Source of the DNA: an uncultured Clostridium sp.
Lineage (GTDB): Bacteria > Bacillota > Clostridia > TANB77 > CAG-508
DNA: 35,082 nucleotides
NCBI GenBank assembly: GCA_964415805.1
Contig: CAYQBQ010000001.1
Span: 6,641-41,722 of the forward strand
Direction: 5' to 3'
The notes under the pieces were generated by a model, which saw nothing but the letters and a program-made list of their open reading frames with translations, was not told the origin of the DNA and did no database searches. Positions 26,903 through 32,531 of the stretch are shown one piece after another (the stretch's first letter is position 1; each line of letters begins with the position of its first letter). The translations under genes and the position numbers were made by a program.

Positions 26903-27760
26903 ATGATTAATTTTACAAATTGCAAGGAAGAACTAAATAATTATAAGGGCTCTGAAAAAAAGAAAACACTCATATATGAAAATAAAAAATATTTAGTCAA
27001 GTTTCCAGACCCAATAAGAGAAAAAAATAAAAACATATCATATATAAACAATGCATTCTCTGAATATATAGGAAGTAACATTTTTAAAATTGTAGGATTT
27101 CCAACTCAAAATACGATTTTAGGAATATACAAATATAATGAAAAAGAAAAAATAGTATGTGCATGTGAGGATTTTACAGATTCAAGCAAAACCTTATATG
27201 AATTTGAAAATCTTGCATTAAGTACAAATCCAGACAAAAAAATTGAAACAGAATTATCAGATATTTTAAATGTATTAGATGAAAATAAAATAATAAATTC
27301 AACTAAAATCAAAGAAAAATTTTGGGATATGTTCATCATAGATGCTTTAATAGGAAACACAGACAGACACAATGGAAACTGGGGATTCTTAGTAGATAAT
27401 CAAACTAAAGAAGTAGAGTTTGCACCAATATATGACTGTGGTTCTTGCTTAAATCCAATGATAGATGATAATGAAATGGAAAAGTTAAAGGAAAATGAAA
27501 TAAAGAACTTAGCTATAAATTGTTATTCTTGTTTAAAAAAAAATGGTAAAAAAATAAACTATATGACATATTTAAGATATACCAAAAATGAAGAATGCCA
27601 TAAAGCTATTATTAGAGTGTTTAAAGACATAAATATTATTAAAATAAATAACTTTATAGATGGAGTATCTTGTATGTCTAATATAAGAAAAGAATTTTAT
27701 AAAGAAATAATCAATATAAGATATAAAATTATAGAGGAGTGTTATAATAAAATCAAGTAG
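26903..27760 (+). CDS. Short HipA_C-like serine/threonine kinase domain protein (orphan)
   Basis: 285 aa with the catalytic loop GNTDRHNGNWGF and a downstream PIYDCGS motif. RBS AAGGAG. No HipB-, HipS- or HTH-like partner ORF lies in the 296-nt upstream gap or downstream. Confidence 0.75.
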   Translation: MINFTNCKEELNNYKGSEKKKTLIYENKKYLVKFPDPIREKNKNISYINNAFSEYIGSNIFKIVGFPTQNTILGIYKYNEKEKIVCACEDFTDSSKTLYEFENLALSTNPDKKIETELSDILNVLDENKIINSTKIKEKFWDMFIIDALIGNTDRHNGNWGFLVDNQTKEVEFAPIYDCGSCLNPMIDDNEMEKLKENEIKNLAINCYSCLKKNGKKINYMTYLRYTKNEECHKAIIRVFKDINIIKINNFIDGVSCMSNIRKEFYKEIINIRYKIIEECYNKIK

Positions 27761-27795
27761 AAACAAAAATAATTATAAAAGCTATAAGAATCTAG

Positions 27796-27830
27796 AACTA
27801 TGGAGAAAAACTAAGTCTTCATAGTTTTTT
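27796..27830 (+). terminator. Intrinsic terminator after the HipA-like gene
   Basis: Stem 27796-27806 / 27816-27826 (aactatggaga / tcttcatagtt, one G-U pair) with a 9-nt loop, followed by TTTT. Confidence 0.65.
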
Positions 27831-27869
27831 CTATACCAAAAAATTTAAAAGTGACAAAATTTATAGTAA

Positions 27870-27905
27870 AAAAGTCACCTAAAAGTCACTTTCAAAAATT
27901 ATACT
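27870..27905 (+). promoter_or_regulatory. Tandem 11-bp direct repeats overlapping the -35 position, plus a -10 TATACT: candidate response-regulator-dependent promoter of the ABC operon
   Basis: AAAAGTCACCT (27870-27880) and AAAAGTCACTT (27881-27891). TATACT at 27900-27905. An inverted half-site AAAAGTGAC lies at 27847-27855. Confidence 0.45.
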
Positions 27906-27960
27906 AAATACAACAAAGAAAAATGTACACTTAGATACAAAAAAGAAAGTGAGGAAGAAT

Positions 27961-28644
27961 ATGGAAATATTAAGAGTAGAAAACTTAAACAAAACATATG
28001 GAAAAGGAGAAAATCAAGTAAAAGCAGTAGATAACGTATCGTTTTCTGTACAAAAAGGAGAATTTGTTGCAATAATAGGAGCAAGTGGAAGTGGAAAGTC
28101 TACATTATTACATCTAATTGGTGGAGTAGACAGACCAACATCAGGTAAAGTTTTTATAGATGGAAAAGATATTTACACTTTAAATGATGATAATCTTGCT
28201 ATTTTTAGAAGAAGACAAATTGGATTAATTTATCAATTTTATAACTTAATACCAGTTCTAAATGTTGCAGAAAATATCACATTGCCAACAAAATTAGATG
28301 GAAGAAATGTTGATGAAAGAAGATTAAATGATTTATTAAAAACATTAGGACTTGAGAAAAGAAAATATAATTTGCCAAACCAATTATCAGGAGGTCAACA
28401 ACAAAGAGTTTCTATTGGTAGAGCGATGATGAATGAACCTGCATTAATGCTTGCAGACGAACCTACTGGAAACTTGGATTCAAAGGCAAGTGAAGAGATT
28501 ATTTCATTATTAAGACTTTCAAATAAAAAGTATAATCAAACTGTTATAGTTATAACACATGACGAAAAAATTGCATTAGAAGCAGATAGAGTTATAACAA
28601 TTGATGATGGAAAAATAATTAAAGATGAAAGGACTGGAAAATAA
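27961..28644 (+). CDS. ABC transporter ATP-binding protein (MacB/FtsE-like)
   Basis: I prefer the ATG at 27961 (MEILRVENLNKTYG) after GAGGAAG. It has Walker A GASGSGKST, signature LSGGQQQRV and Walker B LMLADEPT. Confidence 0.95.
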   Translation: MEILRVENLNKTYGKGENQVKAVDNVSFSVQKGEFVAIIGASGSGKSTLLHLIGGVDRPTSGKVFIDGKDIYTLNDDNLAIFRRRQIGLIYQFYNLIPVLNVAENITLPTKLDGRNVDERRLNDLLKTLGLEKRKYNLPNQLSGGQQQRVSIGRAMMNEPALMLADEPTGNLDSKASEEIISLLRLSNKKYNQTVIVITHDEKIALEADRVITIDDGKIIKDERTGK

Positions 28645-31220
28645 TGAAAGTTTTAAATGAATTGAGTGTAAAAGATTTAAAGCTAAACAAAAAAAGGTCA
28701 ATTGTAATTATAATTGGTATTATTTTATCAACAGCTTTAATCTGTGGGGTAGCAGGGCTTATAACAAGTTTTCAAAATACATTTGTAGAAACTGCAAAAA
28801 ATAGTCAAGGAAATTATCATGCAATATTATATAATGTTCCAAAAGGTGAACTTAAATATATTGAAGAAAATAGAGGAGTGGAAGATTATTACTTATCAGA
28901 AGAATTAGGATATAGTTATTTAACAAATGGAAAAACATCAACAGGAGAAGAAGAAAAGCCACTTGTTAATATTATTTCAATGAATGACAAGTTTTTAAAT
29001 AATATGGCTATAAATGTAAAAGATGGTAGATTACCAGAAAATGATAGTGAACTTGCAATTTCAACTAGAATTAATGAAAAATTCAAGACAAATTACAAAG
29101 TTGGGGATACTATAACATTAAATGTTGGAGATTTAGGTCAAAAAACATATAAAATAGTCGGAATAATAGAAAGGCCAACTGTTGCAGTTGAACCTTATGA
29201 AGTAGACTGGTTTACAGTTATCACAAAAATGCAAACAATAAATAAAAAAGCAAATATAGCAGTTTTATATACAAATCCAAAGGATTATGTAAAAAATACA
29301 GAAAGTATAAACCAAATGGTAAAGGCGACAGATAATGGCGAATATACAAAGTTTATAGGATTAAATGGTACATATAAAAGTTATAAATATGAATTAAATA
29401 TAAATAAAGAATTATTATCATATCAAGGTGCAAGCTTAGATGACGAAATGCTAAGAACAATTTATGGACTAGGAGCATTCATAATGGGAATTGTTCTAGT
29501 ATCAAGTGTATTTGTTATTAGAAATGGATTTGCAATATCAATAACAGAAAGATTAAAACAATATGGAATGCTTTCAAGCATTGGAGCAACAAAAAAACAA
29601 ATCAAAAAAAGTGTTTATTTTGAAGGTTTTATATTAGGAATTATAGGAATACCTTTAGGAATTTTAAGTGGAATATTTGCAATTTATATATTAGTAAATG
29701 TAGTAAATTACATATTAAAAGATTATGTATCAAGTGGGACTTTACTAACATATGGAATATCATGGCCAGCAATAGTCGTAAGTATAATTGTATCAGTTGT
29801 AACAATATGGTTATCTTGCAGAAGGTCTGCAAAAAAAGCATCAAAAATTACACCAATTGAAGCAATAAGAAGTTCAGAAGATGTACAATTAAAAGCTAAG
29901 AAAATAAAATGTCCAAAAATAATAACAAAAATATTTAAAACAGGTGGAGAAATTGCATACAAAAACTTAAAAAGAAGTAAGAAAAAATATAGGACAACAG
30001 TAATTTCCATAATAGTAAGTGTTGTAATATTTATTGCAATATCAAGTTTTATACAATATGGATTTAAAATGTCAAGTGCATATTATACAGAAAGAAATTA
30101 TAATTATGTAGTATATGCTTATACAACTGCATCACCTGAAGATACAGAAGAATATGCAAAAGAACAAGAAAAAAACTTAAAAATGTTAACAGACATATCA
30201 AACTTGCCAGATGTAGGAGATGTATCAATAAATAAAAGTAATACATTTGAAATGAATATGGATGAAAAACACAAAGCAGAATTAACTGACTATGGAAAAG
30301 ATATAAAAACAAGATATTCAGATTCGGATTCTGATGAAAAACAAATAGATGCAATAAATATTATTTCATTAAGCAAAAATGCATATGATGCATTTTTGAA
30401 AAAAATAGGTGGAGATTATGAGACATACAAAGATGGAGCAATTTTAATTGATAACAATATCAATACAGACGAAAAAGGAAAGAAAATTCAAGGTAGTATG
30501 TACACATGGAAAAATGGAGATACTGTTACAGGAAAAATAGGAGACAAGGAATATAATATCAAAATAGTAGCAAGAACAGAAGAAAGACCAAATGGAGTAG
30601 AACAATTATATAGCCCTCATGCATATTTTATTGTAAGTGAAGAATTTATAAATAAAACAGGATATGTATCTGCGACTTTGTATTCACAGTCAAATAATGT
30701 TGATAAATTAGATGCAGAAGTTGAACAATATAAAAATGATAATAATCTTACTGATTCTAATTTACGTACATTTAATATGGAAGAATCAGTCAGAGCTGAA
30801 AATGCAGTTGTATTAGTTGTTTCAATATTCTTATATGGATTTATTGGAGTAATTACATTAATTGGAATAACAAATATTTTTAATACTATAACTACAAATA
30901 TGAATTTAAGAAAAAAAGAATTTGCAATGCTTAAATCAATAGGAATGACCAAAAAAGAATTTAATAGAATGATTAGATTAGAAAGCATTTTTTATGGTGT
31001 TAAATCTTTGATTATTGGTATACCAATTGGATTAGTGTTATCTTATGGTATGTATAATGTGTTTAGAAATAGTATAGAAATGGAATATGTTTTACCATAT
31101 AAAGCAATTGCGGTTGCAGTGATATTTGTGGTTGTTGTTATCGGTATTATTATGAGATATTCTATGAGCAAGATTAATAAACAAAATATTATTGAGACTA
31201 TAAGAAATGATAATATATAA
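28644..31220 (+). CDS. FtsX/MacB-family ABC permease with duplicated FtsX domains
   Basis: 858 aa, with ATGA overlap to the ATPase gene. Two 4-TM FtsX-type modules (around aa 260-390 and 730-850) are each preceded by a large extracytoplasmic domain. Confidence 0.9.
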   Translation: MKVLNELSVKDLKLNKKRSIVIIIGIILSTALICGVAGLITSFQNTFVETAKNSQGNYHAILYNVPKGELKYIEENRGVEDYYLSEELGYSYLTNGKTSTGEEEKPLVNIISMNDKFLNNMAINVKDGRLPENDSELAISTRINEKFKTNYKVGDTITLNVGDLGQKTYKIVGIIERPTVAVEPYEVDWFTVITKMQTINKKANIAVLYTNPKDYVKNTESINQMVKATDNGEYTKFIGLNGTYKSYKYELNINKELLSYQGASLDDEMLRTIYGLGAFIMGIVLVSSVFVIRNGFAISITERLKQYGMLSSIGATKKQIKKSVYFEGFILGIIGIPLGILSGIFAIYILVNVVNYILKDYVSSGTLLTYGISWPAIVVSIIVSVVTIWLSCRRSAKKASKITPIEAIRSSEDVQLKAKKIKCPKIITKIFKTGGEIAYKNLKRSKKKYRTTVISIIVSVVIFIAISSFIQYGFKMSSAYYTERNYNYVVYAYTTASPEDTEEYAKEQEKNLKMLTDISNLPDVGDVSINKSNTFEMNMDEKHKAELTDYGKDIKTRYSDSDSDEKQIDAINIISLSKNAYDAFLKKIGGDYETYKDGAILIDNNINTDEKGKKIQGSMYTWKNGDTVTGKIGDKEYNIKIVARTEERPNGVEQLYSPHAYFIVSEEFINKTGYVSATLYSQSNNVDKLDAEVEQYKNDNNLTDSNLRTFNMEESVRAENAVVLVVSIFLYGFIGVITLIGITNIFNTITTNMNLRKKEFAMLKSIGMTKKEFNRMIRLESIFYGVKSLIIGIPIGLVLSYGMYNVFRNSIEMEYVLPYKAIAVAVIFVVVVIGIIMRYSMSKINKQNIIETIRNDNI

Positions 31221-31223
31221 ACA

Positions 31224-31256
31224 TAAACCATTGGGGACGTTGTTAAATTGATTGAA
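31224..31256. repeat. Degenerate, inverted copy of the GAACCAAT-type element (family A)
   Basis: taaaccattggggacgttgttaaattgattgaa matches the reverse complement of 18041-18071 at about 27 of 32 positions. The stem complementarity is eroded. Confidence 0.65.
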
Positions 31257-31339
31257 ATTTCTATATGATATTAATAATTTAAGATAAAAAAATAAATTTA
31301 GTTAAGAAAAAATTTTATTAAATATATAAAGGAGACCAG

Positions 31340-31864
31340 ATGCAAAATAATGAAATTATAGTTTTAATTAATTCAAATAATACAATTTTAAAATTTCCTA
31401 AATGCAACATAGAAATACCAGCATTTATAGGAAAAAATGGACCAACATTGAACAAAAAAGAAGGAGATGGTTGTACTCCAATTGGTGAATTTAATTTGGG
31501 TCTACTGCTTGGAACACATGATAGAATTTCTAATGAAAATTATAGTTATACAAAAATAAATTCTAATATGTATTGGGTTGATGATAGCAATTCTATTTAT
31601 TATAATAAATTAGTTGATATAACTAAAGTAAAAAAAGATTGGAATAGTGCGGAACATTTAATTGATTATCCAATTCAATATGAATATTTAATAGAGATAA
31701 AGAGCAATCCTCTTAATATCCCTAACAAAGGAAGTGCAATATTTCTTCATTGCAGTAATAATAATGCAACTCATGGATGCATAGCAATAAATAGGAATGA
31801 TATGAAAAAGTTAGTCAATAATATTGACAAAAATACTAAAATCAATATAATTCAGCAAATGTAA
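31340..31864 (+). CDS. YkuD-fold L,D-transpeptidase family protein
   Basis: 174 aa with the catalytic signature FLHCSNNNATHGCIAI (His ... Gly-Cys). Confidence 0.75.
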   Translation: MQNNEIIVLINSNNTILKFPKCNIEIPAFIGKNGPTLNKKEGDGCTPIGEFNLGLLLGTHDRISNENYSYTKINSNMYWVDDSNSIYYNKLVDITKVKKDWNSAEHLIDYPIQYEYLIEIKSNPLNIPNKGSAIFLHCSNNNATHGCIAINRNDMKKLVNNIDKNTKINIIQQM

Positions 31865-31934
31865 GAATATAAAAAGGTTATGTCTAGATATTGACAATAA
31901 TATAACATAAAGTTAATGGTTAAAAATTAAAACG

Positions 31935-31963
31935 AAAGGGAAGTCGATGACTTCTCTTTTGTC
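31935..31963 (+). terminator. Putative intrinsic terminator after the L,D-transpeptidase gene
   Basis: aaagggaagtc (31935-31945) / gacttctcttt (31949-31959) with a 3-nt loop and one G-U pair. The T-run is partly inside the stem. Confidence 0.5.
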
Positions 31964-32035
31964 ATTATACAAAACCATTCCTTACTAAACTGTAACAGGC
32001 AATGATAGAAATTTATGACTTTTAAATAAATTAGA

Positions 32036-32064
32036 TTGAAAAGCAAAATAAAGTATGCTAAAAT
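32036..32064 (+). promoter_or_regulatory. Putative sigma-A promoter (extended -10) for the GIY-YIG gene
   Basis: TTGAAA (32036-32041), a 17-nt spacer ending in TGC, then TAAAAT (32059-32064). Confidence 0.5.
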
Positions 32065-32109
32065 CAACATGAAAAACGTAAATATAAAAAATTAATGTAG
32101 GTGAAAAAA

Positions 32110-32436
32110 ATGTACTATACATATATGATAAGATGTGCAGACAACTCAATTTATACAGGAATAACAAATGATTTAAACAAACGTCTAAATGAACACAAAA
32201 CAAAAAGCAAAAATGGAGCAAAATACACAAAATCACATACTGCAATAAAATTTGAAACAGTATGGAAAAGCAGGGACAAATCATTAGCATGTAAGCTAGA
32301 ATATCAAATTAAACAACTTACAAAAAAGCAAAAAGAAAATCTAATAAATGGAGAAAGATTATCAACATATCTACACGGAAAAGTAGACTGCAGGAGATAT
32401 AGAAAATGCTCATCTATTAATGATGCCATACTTTGA
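32110..32436 (+). CDS. GIY-YIG nuclease superfamily protein (UPF0213/YazA/YhbQ-like)
   Basis: I prefer the ATG at 32110 (MYYTYMIRC...IYTGITNDLNKRLNEH). This is the classic small stand-alone GIY-YIG domain. Its TGA stop is the first triplet of the repeat at 32434. Confidence 0.85.
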   Translation: MYYTYMIRCADNSIYTGITNDLNKRLNEHKTKSKNGAKYTKSHTAIKFETVWKSRDKSLACKLEYQIKQLTKKQKENLINGERLSTYLHGKVDCRRYRKCSSINDAIL

Positions 32437-32476
32437 ACCAATTTAAGAACGTCCCCATTGGTTCCCCATTGGTTCA
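32434..32476. repeat. GAACCAAT-type palindromic element (family A) with an internal 11-bp tandem duplication
   Basis: tgaaccaatttaagaacgtccccattggtt is identical to 18041-18070. ccccattggtt occurs twice (32453-32463 and 32464-32474). Confidence 0.9.
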
Positions 32477-32531
32477 AAAATTCGGATGATGATTGATGGA
32501 GCGAAGCGTAGTGAAAGGAGAATAAAAGTTA

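Noticed and set aside
26903-27760. Calling the HipA-like gene a hipBA or hipBST toxin-antitoxin system.
   Set aside because: No antitoxin-type gene is adjacent, so only the kinase domain can be supported. It is reported as an orphan instead.
31893-31963. TTGACA at 31893-31898 followed about 40 nt later by the terminator hairpin, considered as a possible tiny sRNA gene.
   Set aside because: The -10 region at the proper spacing (taatgg) is poor. The hairpin is more simply the terminator of the upstream L,D-transpeptidase gene.
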